A stretch of 44,174 nt of DNA from Patescibacteria group bacterium (GCA_018829905.1 JAHJST010000025.1:1-44174); one strand, 5' to 3'; positions 19,029 through 28,911 are shown, counted from the stretch's first letter. Translations and numbers: made by a program. Notes: generated by a model not told the origin, from the letters alone.

Positions 19029-19459
19029 AACAATTTTTTCTGTGGATGTGTTTCATGAATCTTTTTTCTAATAATATCAATAAATTTTATTGCTATTTTT
19101 ATAGATTGTTCTGTTTCATATTGGCTTATAAAGCTTATATCTTCATAAATAAACTTGTTTCTTTTTTTTCGCATATCATCAAAAAGCCCTATTAATTCTT
19201 TATGCTTTTTATCTAATTTGTTTTCTATAAAATCTATAATCGCCACATAATGACCAGGTAATGATCTTGGTCTTTTCCCAAAACTAAGCATTAAGGCCAA
19301 GCTTGCTTTAATCATGGCTTCATATGCTGTTTGATAACTTAATTCTTGATCAATTAATAAAACTTTTTTAGAAGAATTTATTTTCTTTTGTGCGCCTTCT
19401 AAAAATCTTTCTATCTGTTCAAAATTTATATCCTGTTCTTTAAATTTTTTATTATTCAT
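19025..19459 (-). CDS. HEPN-domain protein
   Basis: All-helical; AYEAM..A..AL, GH, R..RN...Y; downstream of an MNT gene. Confidence 0.82.
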   Translation of the reverse strand: MNNKKFKEQDINFEQIERFLEGAQKKINSSKKVLLIDQELSYQTAYEAMIKASLALMLSFGKRPRSLPGHYVAIIDFIENKLDKKHKELIGLFDDMRKKRNKFIYEDISFISQYETEQSIKIAIKFIDIIRKKIHETHPQKKLL

Positions 19460-19997
19460 CTTTTAAAATAATTTTATTTTTTAAAACATTCATTAAAAAT
19501 GGATCTTTGTTTTTTGTCTTTTCGTTAAATTCTTTTAATGAATAAATTATATAATTTATTTCTCTATCTAGTGTTTTCTCAATTTCCCTAATTTTATTAG
19601 AAAATTCTTCTATTTTAGGACTTCCTATAATCAATATATCTATGTCACTTAATTTATCTGTTTTTTCTAAAACAAAAGAACCGAATAGAAAAGCTTTTTT
19701 AATTTTAGAAAAACTTTCTACCAAATTCTTTAATTTTCCTTGAATTCCAGTAGTTTTAAAAATTATGCTTTTTAATTCATTGTATAGTGGATATTGTTTT
19801 TCTATTTTAAAATATCTTTGATTTCCACGATAATGACTTTTAACAATTCCTTTTTCTTCTAATTTATTTAAATCTCTTTGAAAAACACCTGGTTTTTTAT
19901 TTAAAAAACTAGCAATTTCTCTAAAATAATATTCCTTCTCTTGATTTGAATAAAGAAGGCCTAAAATTAACATTTGATTTTTAGTAAAACTAATCAT
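19452..19997 (-). CDS. wHTH + minimal nucleotidyltransferase (MNT)
   Basis: N-terminal wHTH (YFREIA..RDL.KLE..GI); GS-X10-DID; REINYI. Confidence 0.88.
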   Translation of the reverse strand: MISFTKNQMLILGLLYSNQEKEYYFREIASFLNKKPGVFQRDLNKLEEKGIVKSHYRGNQRYFKIEKQYPLYNELKSIIFKTTGIQGKLKNLVESFSKIKKAFLFGSFVLEKTDKLSDIDILIIGSPKIEEFSNKIREIEKTLDREINYIIYSLKEFNEKTKNKDPFLMNVLKNKIILKDE

Positions 19998-20007
19998 ATG
20001 CTATATA

Positions 20008-20042
20008 CATACAATTGTATGCTATTTAAATACACTTGTCAA
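20008..20042 (-). promoter_or_regulatory. MNT-HEPN promoter with palindromic operator
   Basis: TTGACA-17 nt-TACAAT; CATACAATTGTATG palindrome over the -10; the TGA of TTGACA is the dedA stop. Confidence 0.75.
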
Positions 20043-20716
20043 TTGTTATTATTCATCTTATTAATCGCCCTGCCTATTTTTCTAAAAAAAGCAAATTTAT
20101 GATCTTCTAAATTTTTAAAAAACTTTAATTTAGTAATCTTTCTCAACCAAGCAATTAAAACAATAGATATAATTATTAAAAAGATTATTACACCAATAGC
20201 CAATCCTTTAGCAATTTTTTGAGTAATATCACCAACTGCTTTATATCCCAATCCAAGAGAATAACCAATTATTAATACAGACAATATCCAAACAATAGAA
20301 GCAAAAAAAGTTGTAATAAGTACTGTTTTTTTCTTAATTTTTAAACTACCAGCAATCATTAAAACAAAAATACTTGTTCCAAGAGTAATTCTGCTAATAA
20401 ATATTGTTTTTACTACATGCTTTTCAAAATATTTTTCTATTTTTTCTAATATTTTTCTTGTTAAATGAAACTTTTTTATAAATTTATCTATAATATTTTT
20501 TCCACCAAAATATCCTAATAAATAAAAAAAGATTCCATTAATGTAATATCCAACAAAAAGAACAGCAAATAACCCAAAAAAATTAAAAAATCCAAATTTT
20601 AAAAGAACACCAGCAAGAACTAAAGTATAAGTGCCCTCAAATAGCGCACCAATAAAAGAAAATATATATCTATGTTCATATAAAAGACCAAGAATTGAAT
20701 TTACAAATAACTCCAT
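20039..20716 (-). CDS. DedA family membrane protein
   Basis: GALFEG...LVLAG, FYLLGYFGG, TIFISRI, IAGS..I, GY.LG. Confidence 0.85.
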   Translation of the reverse strand: MELFVNSILGLLYEHRYIFSFIGALFEGTYTLVLAGVLLKFGFFNFFGLFAVLFVGYYINGIFFYLLGYFGGKNIIDKFIKKFHLTRKILEKIEKYFEKHVVKTIFISRITLGTSIFVLMIAGSLKIKKKTVLITTFFASIVWILSVLIIGYSLGLGYKAVGDITQKIAKGLAIGVIIFLIIISIVLIAWLRKITKLKFFKNLEDHKFAFFRKIGRAINKMNNNN

Positions 20717-20721
20717 ATAAT

Positions 20722-23238
20722 TTAAAATAAAGTATCTTGCCCTCCATTTTTAATTCTTTTTTCATTTTCTTTAAAAACATTAATTTTACCAAATTCTCCA
20801 TCATATCCTGGTTGTATTGAAACTTTTCCTTTTCTAACCCTATCTATGCCATCTGCTATTTCTGGTAAACTAACAGAAGCTATTTTTTCCTTAGAAACAT
20901 TTAATAATATATTAAATTCTGTTTTAAAAGCTTTAATTAATGCCTTGTAATGAGTTTCTACTGTTTTTGTATTAGGACCAACATCTAAAGCATTCCCAAT
21001 TATTTCATCTAATGGAATTATATGTCTAAAAGGAATTGTATTTTTGTGCTTTTCTCCTAATTTTCTATCTGCTAACGCAAAAACTCTATTCATTACTCCG
21101 ATTGTTAATGGCTTTTTACACACAGGACATATATTGTTATGCTTGTCAGACTCTTCAGGACTTAATACTATATTACATTTTCTATGTCCATCCCAATGAT
21201 ATTTTCCTTCTTCTGGAAAAAACTCTAATGTTTCAATTAATTTTAATTCTTTTGACTCTCTTTTAATTGCCTGTTTAATTAGATTATATGATATTTTCTT
21301 TCCTTCAAAAATATTTGCTTCTCTACCGATCTTACGCGGACTGTGAGCATCTCCATTACTAATTAAAGTAATATTATCTAAAGAAGAATTGGCCCAGCTT
21401 GCTATAGGATCAGAACTTAATCCTGTTTCTATTGCAAAAATATCTTTTGAATATTCTTCAAAACATTCTTCTATTGAATCAAAGCCAGATTTAGAACCAA
21501 ATATACTAAACCATGGAGTATAACAATTATGAATTATAGCAAATTCTGCAGTATAAGAATTATCTTGTTTTACCTCTAAATTATATACATCACCCTTATA
21601 ACTACCTACTTCTATATCTCTAACAGGAATATAAATATATTTATTATCCATCCAACCATGTCTTCTTTTTAGTTTAGTGTTAAATTTTTTAAATTCAGGA
21701 GTTTTTAATAAATTAAAATCATCTTTTAAAAACGAAAGATTAGTCAAACAAAAAGAATTATAATTTGCAGTAATAATCCTATTCCCTATTTTAGACTTTT
21801 TACTATTAATTTTATCCATGTCTTGTTCTAAAATAGAAGGGATTATTCCCAATCTCAGTAAAATAATTTTCATTTGATTCATTAACGAACGAGATGAAGT
21901 TGCTCCAACATCACCACGCCACCATCCTATCAAAATTTCTTTTTGTTTTTCTAGTGGCAGGTCTAATATCCAACTAGGCAATTCTTTTGTAATTGCTGTT
22001 TTTTTATTAGAATCATTATAAAAATTATTTTTAAATATTTTTGATAAAATTTTTGAAAAATATATAATTTCTATGCTTTTAACTCCATCTCTACTATATT
22101 CCCTTGGCTCCAGATTAAAGCTTTTTTTCATTATTTTTTTTAGATCTTCAACATATTCTTCTTCGTTCTCATGAAAACAAAAAGAAATTGAATCTCGACT
22201 GTCGGTATATCCCTCTGACATATAATAACCTATCAATCTACAAAAATCTTTAGTAATTTCTATTTTATTTGGAATTAATTTTGCCCTTCCACCAAAACAA
22301 GAGATCTTGTTGTTGGTTATTTTAAATTCTTTTTTATTTAAAAAATCACTAAGTTTTATTTCTTTAATATCTTTAATTTTATCTAAAAATCTTGGGAATA
22401 TAAGAATATCACCTTTTTCAATATTTTTAGCTTGTATCCATTCTGGCTTATATTTTTTATATTCCTCATGCGTACATTTTCTATTGTCTTTGTACGCACA
22501 TATTGGCTTACAAACATTATGCGATACATTTAAACAGTCTTTATACGTCTTAATTGCATAGAATGGATGTTCAGAAGTGGTTTTTAATCCAAGTCTAAAA
22601 TAATATGGTCTAATATTATAAATCTTTCCATTATATTTTCTTTTATAAACCTCTTCTACTTTTCTCCACCTTCCTTTGTGTGTAAAAACTTTATCATTTT
22701 CAGAAACATTTTTAATTTTTTTCAATTTATTATTTACATGCAAATATGAATCGGGCAATAAACAATGAGCAGGAATAATCATACAATCTTTAGAAATTTT
22801 AAAAACAATTTTAGCTAACTCCTTAGCATCTAATCCTAATATTGGCCTACCATCTGATTTAATATTCCCTATCCAGCCTAAATGAGCATTTATTTTATCT
22901 ACAACATCAAACGAAGGAGCAAAAATTAAATTATGTATTTTTCTTACTTTACCTCCCTTGGAATAAATACTAGATATTTCTGCAGTTAAAATGAATCTTA
23001 AGTCTTTATCTATTCCATTCTTAATTTTAAATCTTTTCTTAATTTTATATAACCCTTTTTCAGCTGGTTCTAGTTTTGTTTTTAATTCTTTAAACCACAA
23101 AGGATGAGTAAAATCTCCTGTTCCTAAAATATCTATTCCTTTAATATTTGCCCATTTATCTAAATTTTCAACATCCATGTCTTTAGATGTTGCTCTTGAA
23201 TACTTAGAATGAATATGAAAATCAGCTATGTATTGCAT
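20722..23238 (-). CDS. PHP-domain endonuclease Q family protein, intein-containing (about 425 aa after splicing)
   Basis: ADFHIHSKYS, GTGDFTHP, DGRP, PAH|..TPWFS, ETGLSSD, SNGDAHS, GKYHWDGHRKC..CPVC, PGYDGEFG. Confidence 0.9.
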   Translation of the reverse strand: MQYIADFHIHSKYSRATSKDMDVENLDKWANIKGIDILGTGDFTHPLWFKELKTKLEPAEKGLYKIKKRFKIKNGIDKDLRFILTAEISSIYSKGGKVRKIHNLIFAPSFDVVDKINAHLGWIGNIKSDGRPILGLDAKELAKIVFKISKDCMIIPAHCLLPDSYLHVNNKLKKIKNVSENDKVFTHKGRWRKVEEVYKRKYNGKIYNIRPYYFRLGLKTTSEHPFYAIKTYKDCLNVSHNVCKPICAYKDNRKCTHEEYKKYKPEWIQAKNIEKGDILIFPRFLDKIKDIKEIKLSDFLNKKEFKITNNKISCFGGRAKLIPNKIEITKDFCRLIGYYMSEGYTDSRDSISFCFHENEEEYVEDLKKIMKKSFNLEPREYSRDGVKSIEIIYFSKILSKIFKNNFYNDSNKKTAITKELPSWILDLPLEKQKEILIGWWRGDVGATSSRSLMNQMKIILLRLGIIPSILEQDMDKINSKKSKIGNRIITANYNSFCLTNLSFLKDDFNLLKTPEFKKFNTKLKRRHGWMDNKYIYIPVRDIEVGSYKGDVYNLEVKQDNSYTAEFAIIHNCYTPWFSIFGSKSGFDSIEECFEEYSKDIFAIETGLSSDPIASWANSSLDNITLISNGDAHSPRKIGREANIFEGKKISYNLIKQAIKRESKELKLIETLEFFPEEGKYHWDGHRKCNIVLSPEESDKHNNICPVCKKPLTIGVMNRVFALADRKLGEKHKNTIPFRHIIPLDEIIGNALDVGPNTKTVETHYKALIKAFKTEFNILLNVSKEKIASVSLPEIADGIDRVRKGKVSIQPGYDGEFGKINVFKENEKRIKNGGQDTLF
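21526..22764 (-). mobile_element. Intein (413 aa) with LAGLIDADG homing endonuclease domain
   Basis: Starts CLLPD; block B TSEHPF; LIGYYMSEG and ILIGWWRGD helices; block F VYNLEV; ends IIHN followed by Cys+1. Confidence 0.93.
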
Positions 23239-24527
23239 AAACTTAAACCCAACCAAAACATTAATGCCCCAGAATTAAGCGTGTAAAAATAATGATCATT
23301 AAGACTAATAATTAAAAATCCTATTATTAAAAAAGCAAAACCAAGAGTTTTTGTTTTAATTAAAGTTTTTAAAACAAATATACCAATTAAAATTAAACCA
23401 ATAATTCCTAATTCTGTTGCTATTAATAAATATATATTATGCACTGGTTGATAAGCCCAATCAGGAATAGAATCATTATTTTTTAATTTTTCTAAGGTTG
23501 GTTCTATGCTTTTAATCATATTTACACCAGCTTTTAAATATACAGGATAATTTTGAGAATGAAAAACAAAATTTCCTATTCCTATCCCTATAACGGGCTT
23601 TTGTTTTATCATTTCAATGGCTATTTTATTATAGAAAAACCTTAAATCAACTGCTTCTTCATTTATTGATATTGTAAAAAATCTAGCTTTTAAATATGGA
23701 GATAGAATTAAAATAGATAATATTGAAATAATTAGAAAAACAAAAAACAAAGATATTAATTTTTTACTCAATTCTCTTCTCTCTTTATTATTGCCCATTT
23801 TTTTAATTACAAAAAATTTAATTAATAAATACAAAGGTACAAGAATTAAAAAAACTGTTAAGGATGTACGAGAAAATGTTAAAAACAAAGTAAAAATAAA
23901 AAGAGAAAAACCAATTAAATATATTTTCTTAAAATCAAATTTTAAAAAAAGAACTAAAAAACAAAAAATGCATAAAAGCATAAAACCAGCTAAAACATTT
24001 GGATGAGATAATGAACCATAAGCTCTTAATATTTTATCGTCATTAAATATAAAGCTAGCAACATTATATGCTCCTGGCTTTAAAACACCAGGTTCAATAA
24101 ATTTTAAACCCAAGCTAGATTGTTTAATAAATTGTAATATTCCTAAAACTGCTTGAAAAATTCCAGAGGAGAATATAATTAATAAAATATTCTTTAAATT
24201 TAAAAATTTAATATTTCTTACAATATATATGTATAAAAATGAATAAGATAATAATTTAATAAATCTAAAAACAGCTATTGATTGATTAGAAGAATAAAAA
24301 ATTGAAATAAAAGAAATAAATAAAAACAAAAACAAGAATATATCTTGTTTTTTAAATTTAATCCTTTTATTAATTATTGAAAATACAAATATACCAATTA
24401 AAATAATATCTGATAAATATAGAAAAAAATTATTCCATTCATTTGCTTGCCAATTAAATACATACCTTACTTGAAAAGGAATTAAGAAAATAAAAACATA
24501 AAAAAGAAATTTTTCTAATTTAATCAT
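23226..24527 (-). CDS. O-antigen ligase (WaaL/Wzy_C) family membrane protein
   Basis: Multi-TM; RAYGSLSHPNVLAG, LTFSR, GIGIGNF, PVHNIYL; start 24527 or 24539. Confidence 0.88.
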   Translation of the reverse strand: MIKLEKFLFYVFIFLIPFQVRYVFNWQANEWNNFFLYLSDIILIGIFVFSIINKRIKFKKQDIFLFLFLFISFISIFYSSNQSIAVFRFIKLLSYSFLYIYIVRNIKFLNLKNILLIIFSSGIFQAVLGILQFIKQSSLGLKFIEPGVLKPGAYNVASFIFNDDKILRAYGSLSHPNVLAGFMLLCIFCFLVLFLKFDFKKIYLIGFSLFIFTLFLTFSRTSLTVFLILVPLYLLIKFFVIKKMGNNKERRELSKKLISLFFVFLIISILSILILSPYLKARFFTISINEEAVDLRFFYNKIAIEMIKQKPVIGIGIGNFVFHSQNYPVYLKAGVNMIKSIEPTLEKLKNNDSIPDWAYQPVHNIYLLIATELGIIGLILIGIFVLKTLIKTKTLGFAFLIIGFLIISLNDHYFYTLNSGALMFWLGLSLCNT

Positions 24528-24546
24528 TAACTTAATCATACAAAAT

Positions 24547-24573
24547 AAAAAAACAAACAGCAAAAACTGTTTG
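24547..24573 (-). terminator. Intrinsic terminator (degenerate copy at about 31855-31878)
   Basis: CAAACAG-TTTTTG-CTGTTTG followed by T7 on the - strand. Confidence 0.6.
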
Positions 24574-24593
24574 ATTTTTATTAATAAGTATAT

Positions 24594-25223
24594 CTATTTT
24601 AATACATAATCTTTAACTTCTTTTATTATATAATTTTTAATACTTTGCCAATTAATGTTTGAGTTTAAAATTCTTATTTTTGATCTATTTTGCTTTGTTT
24701 CTGCATCTTTAAAATAAAGCAACGACCTTAAACACAAATACTCATTAAAGGTTTCTGGATATTTTTTCTTTGTAAATTCAAGAATTTTTTTTAAACTAAA
24801 TTTTTTAATTAAAAAATAAATATCTATAAAATCTCTTTTCGTTCCTCTCCCAATAATTGCTTCTACTTTCATTGCTGCAATATCCTTTATATTTGCTAAT
24901 AATAAAAGTTTATAATTATCAAAAGGACCAATTAAATTATAAGGATATTTAAAAAAAGATATATCTGTTATACCTATTTTAAACTCAAGAGTATTTTCAG
25001 AATAGATAGGCTCAGAAATATCTTTTGAAAATTCTTTTTTAAAATCAAGATAAAGTTTTTTTGAATCAAAATCTTTTTTTGAATAAAAATCAAAATCTTT
25101 AGATGTTCTATGGCCTAATTGTAAGGCCAATGCTGTTCCACCGGCTAAATAAAAATTATTCTTTAAAAATTCCATTTTTTTAATTATCTTTTTTTGATTC
25201 TGATTTAAAATTTCATCTTTCAT
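24594..25223 (-). CDS. AbiEii/AbiGii nucleotidyltransferase toxin
   Basis: FYLAGGTALALQLGHR.S.DFDF, IAAMK..AI..RG..RDFID. Confidence 0.9.
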   Translation of the reverse strand: MKDEILNQNQKKIIKKMEFLKNNFYLAGGTALALQLGHRTSKDFDFYSKKDFDSKKLYLDFKKEFSKDISEPIYSENTLEFKIGITDISFFKYPYNLIGPFDNYKLLLLANIKDIAAMKVEAIIGRGTKRDFIDIYFLIKKFSLKKILEFTKKKYPETFNEYLCLRSLLYFKDAETKQNRSKIRILNSNINWQSIKNYIIKEVKDYVLK

Positions 25224-25567
25224 AATCTTATTTCTTTTTTTAAAATTCTTTTCATTATTCTTATCTTTTCTAAAGATGGAAATATTTCACGAATAGCTAA
25301 TTTGTATTTATCTTCACTTATCTTAAGATTAAAAATCGTTAACCAATAATTTAAAACATTATCATACCAAAATCCTCTTTTGGGATTTTTTAAAACGTCT
25401 TTTATTTGCTTTTTAGAATAATTATTAAAAAGCCATTTTAAATGTTTTTTGGTTCCATGATTTAAAACCTGCTGAATAATTAAATTTTTATCCTTTTTAA
25501 TATCTATATCTTTTAAGTCATAACTCCATAAAACTGATTCTAAAAACTTAGGTAATTTTTTTTCCAT
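25220..25567 (-). CDS. DUF6922-like partner protein (putative antitoxin)
   Basis: LWSYD...ID...DK.LIIQQVLNHG....KWL...Y; ATGA-coupled to the AbiEii gene. Confidence 0.75.
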   Translation of the reverse strand: MEKKLPKFLESVLWSYDLKDIDIKKDKNLIIQQVLNHGTKKHLKWLFNNYSKKQIKDVLKNPKRGFWYDNVLNYWLTIFNLKISEDKYKLAIREIFPSLEKIRIMKRILKKEIRL

Positions 25568-25606
25568 ATATCATCATTATACCACAAATATATGACTATT
25601 TCAAAC

Positions 25607-25662
25607 CTATTTTTTTAGTTTATAAACCATATATAATGGATAAAACTCATAATAATGATCTT
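25607..25662 (-). pseudogene. 3' relic of the Zn-ribbon/PD-(D/E)XK gene
   Basis: 25613-25662 vs 26883-26932: 44/50 identical; DHYYEFYPLYMVYKLKK* vs DHYYEFYPLHMVYKLKP*. Confidence 0.85.
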
Positions 25663-25668
25663 AAATAT

Positions 25669-26001
25669 TTAAAATCCATTATTTTTAATATAGTCTTCTA
25701 TTTTTTTAATTGCCTTTTCAAAGTCTAAAAGTTCTGGTATTTGTTTTGAAAGACGAATTTTCCAATTCAATTTATATTCTTGTTTTTTAATTGCTGTCAA
25801 AAAATCAAGATCTTCTGAAAATCTATAATCAGGAAAATACATCTTTTTAAGCGCTGTTCCTCCTCTAAATATTAAATCTTTAATGTTTTTATGTTTAGAA
25901 AAATAAAAAAGAAACAATTCAATAAAATAATCTTTTTCAATTGTTTCTACTGGAACTCCTTTTTCTGATGCCTTTTTTACAATTTGAGAATAATTTATCA
26001 T
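25669..26001 (-). pseudogene. AbiEii toxin with a large in-frame internal deletion
   Basis: IEKDY, FRGGTAL, RFSEDLDF run directly into the C-terminal W...L..QI..L.DF segment; only 110 aa. Confidence 0.72.
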
Positions 26002-26810
26002 GTTTTAATTATTTTTCTGATTTGATTAGGAGAAACATTATCAATTAAACGCCAATTATTTTTAGCTAAATTTTTTTTTGGTAAAACAGGATCAAAAACA
26101 TCATATTGTTTACCAATTATTCTTTTTAAATCATTTAATGTCTTTTTGTCTCCAATGTTTAATATTTCTGAAATATATCCTAAGCGTTTAACTATTATAC
26201 TTTTATTATATTTTTTTAAATAAAATAATATTTTTTTCCAATCTATTTTATCTTTTACTAAAAAAATGCCTTTTGCTATTTCTGTAATACCCCCACAATA
26301 TTCTGGATGAAAAAGCGCGTCTAAAATTGTTTTTTCTAAATCAGAAATTCTTACTTTTTCCTTTTTGTCTATCCATTTTTCCGTAACTCCAAAAATGAAT
26401 TTTTTGCTTATAAAGACAAATTTAAATCTATCTTTTGCATTAATCGGTGAAATCTGTCTTTTGTTAGTAGCTATAAAAATCTTATTTATTGGATGAATAG
26501 TCATGCCCCAAAAATCCATTGCACTATAAAAAGCAATATAATAATTTAAACTATTAACTATATTTTTTGCAGCTATAAACCAATTTCCAATATAATTATT
26601 TACATTTCCTAATTCTTGAGGAATAATTATATGTTTTCCTTTTTTTAATGAAGCAATAATTTTTCTATTTTTTAATTCTGAAATAAGTCGTCCAGCAGAA
26701 AAATAGTTTAATCCAGTTATATTTACAACATCATTAATACTAAAAATTACTTTATTTTTATCATAAAGACCTTCAATCAATTTTGCACTTGTTTTTCCTA
26801 AGGTTTTCAT
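25998..26810 (-). CDS. AbiEi type IV antitoxin / transcriptional regulator
   Basis: N-terminal wHTH, YYIAFYSAM..WG, SDLEKTILD, YCGGI.E, KRLGY. Confidence 0.87.
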   Translation of the reverse strand: MKTLGKTSAKLIEGLYDKNKVIFSINDVVNITGLNYFSAGRLISELKNRKIIASLKKGKHIIIPQELGNVNNYIGNWFIAAKNIVNSLNYYIAFYSAMDFWGMTIHPINKIFIATNKRQISPINAKDRFKFVFISKKFIFGVTEKWIDKKEKVRISDLEKTILDALFHPEYCGGITEIAKGIFLVKDKIDWKKILFYLKKYNKSIIVKRLGYISEILNIGDKKTLNDLKRIIGKQYDVFDPVLPKKNLAKNNWRLIDNVSPNQIRKIIKT

Positions 26811-26827
26811 AAATCAATGTTTATTTA

Positions 26828-26880
26828 ATAGTATTAACGCCCATACCGTTAATACTATACAGAAAAAATACATTTGTCAA
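26828..26880 (-). promoter_or_regulatory. abiE promoter with 12-bp inverted-repeat operator
   Basis: TTGACA-17 nt-TAGTAT; ATAGTATTAACG-7 nt-CGTTAATACTAT; the TGA of the -35 is the upstream gene's stop. Confidence 0.78.
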
Positions 26881-27905
26881 GGTTTTAATTTATAAACCAT
26901 GTGTAAAGGATAAAATTCATAATAGTGATCTTGGTCAAACCATGCACATTTAAAATCATATAATCTTAATCCTGTTAACCTTGAAAGAGCTATTGCATAC
27001 CATGTTAATTGTTCGTATGGTTTATCTTTTTTACTTTTTGGTTTGAAATCTAATATATGTATTTGATTATTTCTAAATTGTATAAAATCTATATGACCTG
27101 TTAATATTTCTGGTTTAATTGGAAATTCAAATTTTAATACTTTTTCCATATATTCTATATCTTTTCTTAATAAATATATTGGTATTTCTACTGCTACTGT
27201 TACTGAATCATTGGCTAACATAAATCTTTGCAATATTTCATGTCTTAATCTATTGTTTTTTACTGATTGCAAAACTAAATTGGCTGTTCGGGTTGCATAG
27301 TTTTGTTTTTCTTTGACCATTACTTGTTCTAAGCTAAATTTTAATTTTTTTGTTTGCGATGCTCTAGAATTTTCTTGATGAAAATAGTGGTGTGGGCATG
27401 ATTGATATATTGTTTCTAAAAATTCTTTAAATATTTTAAAACTTTTATTACTTGGAAAATCTTTTGTAATTAAATCTAATTTAGCTTGATGATAACAATA
27501 TTCATATACTTGTTTATGATTTAGGTTTAATTTTTTAATTATCTGATTTGGAGTGTATAATTTTTTTCCTTGTTGTCTATATCTTGAATAAGTACACAAA
27601 TATTTAAGTTCTTCTATCCAATTTGATAAAGTTTTAGAACTAATATTTATTCCGAATTTTTCTTTTAATAATTTTATTGTTTTTTCTTTGCTATTGCCTA
27701 TATTATATAAAGTTAAACCCTCTAAAATAATTTTTAAAGGGTATTTTTTGTTTTTTATTGGATACGGTGTAAATGTTTTATTACAATCTTTGCAAATATA
27801 TAACTGAACAGTTTGAAGCTTGTTTTTTCTTATTCCTCTTCTTATTATGTTCTTACTATCACAATATGGACAGCTCTTTATATTTAAATTATCTACTACA
27901 TTCAT
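26877..27905 (-). CDS. IS1 InsA-like Zn ribbon + HTH + PD-(D/E)XK nuclease fusion
   Basis: CPYC..RRG.R....Q.Y.CKDC.KTF; S.KTLSNWI helix; TGHIDF..ILDFKP..QL..YA. Confidence 0.75.
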   Translation of the reverse strand: MNVVDNLNIKSCPYCDSKNIIRRGIRKNKLQTVQLYICKDCNKTFTPYPIKNKKYPLKIILEGLTLYNIGNSKEKTIKLLKEKFGINISSKTLSNWIEELKYLCTYSRYRQQGKKLYTPNQIIKKLNLNHKQVYEYCYHQAKLDLITKDFPSNKSFKIFKEFLETIYQSCPHHYFHQENSRASQTKKLKFSLEQVMVKEKQNYATRTANLVLQSVKNNRLRHEILQRFMLANDSVTVAVEIPIYLLRKDIEYMEKVLKFEFPIKPEILTGHIDFIQFRNNQIHILDFKPKSKKDKPYEQLTWYAIALSRLTGLRLYDFKCAWFDQDHYYEFYPLHMVYKLKP

Positions 27906-27906
27906 A

Positions 27907-28911
27907 TTAATTAATTAAAAAATTTATTATTAATTTTATCATTGTATCTTTTTCTTTTGGGTTGCTTTGTGCTATTAATAATGCTAATGCCACCAATGCA
28001 TTGTCATTAAACTTCTTTTCTCCTTTTTTATTGAATAAATAACTATTTTTTGCAAGAAAAACAATAAATAAAAAAGAACCAATGCGCTTATTTCCATCAG
28101 TAAATACATGGTCTTTAATAATAAAATACAATAAATGAGCTGATTTTTCTTCAATACTTGGATATAATTCTTTTTTATCAAAAGTTTGATTTATTGTTCT
28201 CAATATTCCTTGTAAACCATTTTTTGTATCTGTTCCAAATAAATCACTAGCTTGTTTCTTTTTAATTAAATTGTTCTTTAATTCTAGAATGATTTGATTT
28301 GCTTCTTTATAATCTATTGTTTGTTTTATTTTTGTAGTTTTTTCTATTCTTAATTTCCCTTCATCGTATTTATGTAATAAAATCCAAGCATTAGCATAAT
28401 CAGTAATAACTTTTAATAATCCCTTTGCTTCTTTAGTATTAAGTTTTTTTGATTCTATTGTTTTTTTAATTAAAGAAATAGCTTGTTCAAATTCTTTTAA
28501 ACTTGTTTCTTTTAATCTTTTTTGATTTATTGTAAATCCTTTAATTATATGATCTTTTAAGATTTTTGTTGCCCAAATACGGAATTGAGTAGCTCTTTTT
28601 GAATTAACACGATAACCAACTGCAATAATCATATCTAGATTATAAAAATCTATTTTTCTTTCTACGAGTTTCTTTCCTTCTTTTTGAACTATCCGGAATT
28701 TCCGGATAGTTTGTTTTTTCTCAAGCTCATCACTTTTAAAAATATTTTTGATATGCTCATTTATTGTTCTAATATCTTTGCTAAATAATTCAGATATTTG
28801 TTTTTGATTTAACCATATAGTTTCTTTTTCTAATTTAACATATAAAGATATTTTACCTTTTGTTTTGTATATTATTATTTCTCCTTTATTATTTTGATCT
28901 TGTTTTTTCAT
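27907..28911 (-). CDS. RhuM + Fic/Doc domain protein
   Basis: ETIWLNQ.QI.ELF, YNLDMII.VGYRVNS..ATQFRIWAT; HVFTDGNKR. Confidence 0.92.
   Translation of the reverse strand: MKKQDQNNKGEIIIYKTKGKISLYVKLEKETIWLNQKQISELFSKDIRTINEHIKNIFKSDELEKKQTIRKFRIVQKEGKKLVERKIDFYNLDMIIAVGYRVNSKRATQFRIWATKILKDHIIKGFTINQKRLKETSLKEFEQAISLIKKTIESKKLNTKEAKGLLKVITDYANAWILLHKYDEGKLRIEKTTKIKQTIDYKEANQIILELKNNLIKKKQASDLFGTDTKNGLQGILRTINQTFDKKELYPSIEEKSAHLLYFIIKDHVFTDGNKRIGSFLFIVFLAKNSYLFNKKGEKKFNDNALVALALLIAQSNPKEKDTMIKLIINFLIN

Noticed and set aside
27770-27905. IS1-family transposase
   Set aside because: Only the Zn ribbon and HTH resemble InsA; the C-terminus is PD-(D/E)XK, with no DDE domain, terminal inverted repeats or target duplication seen
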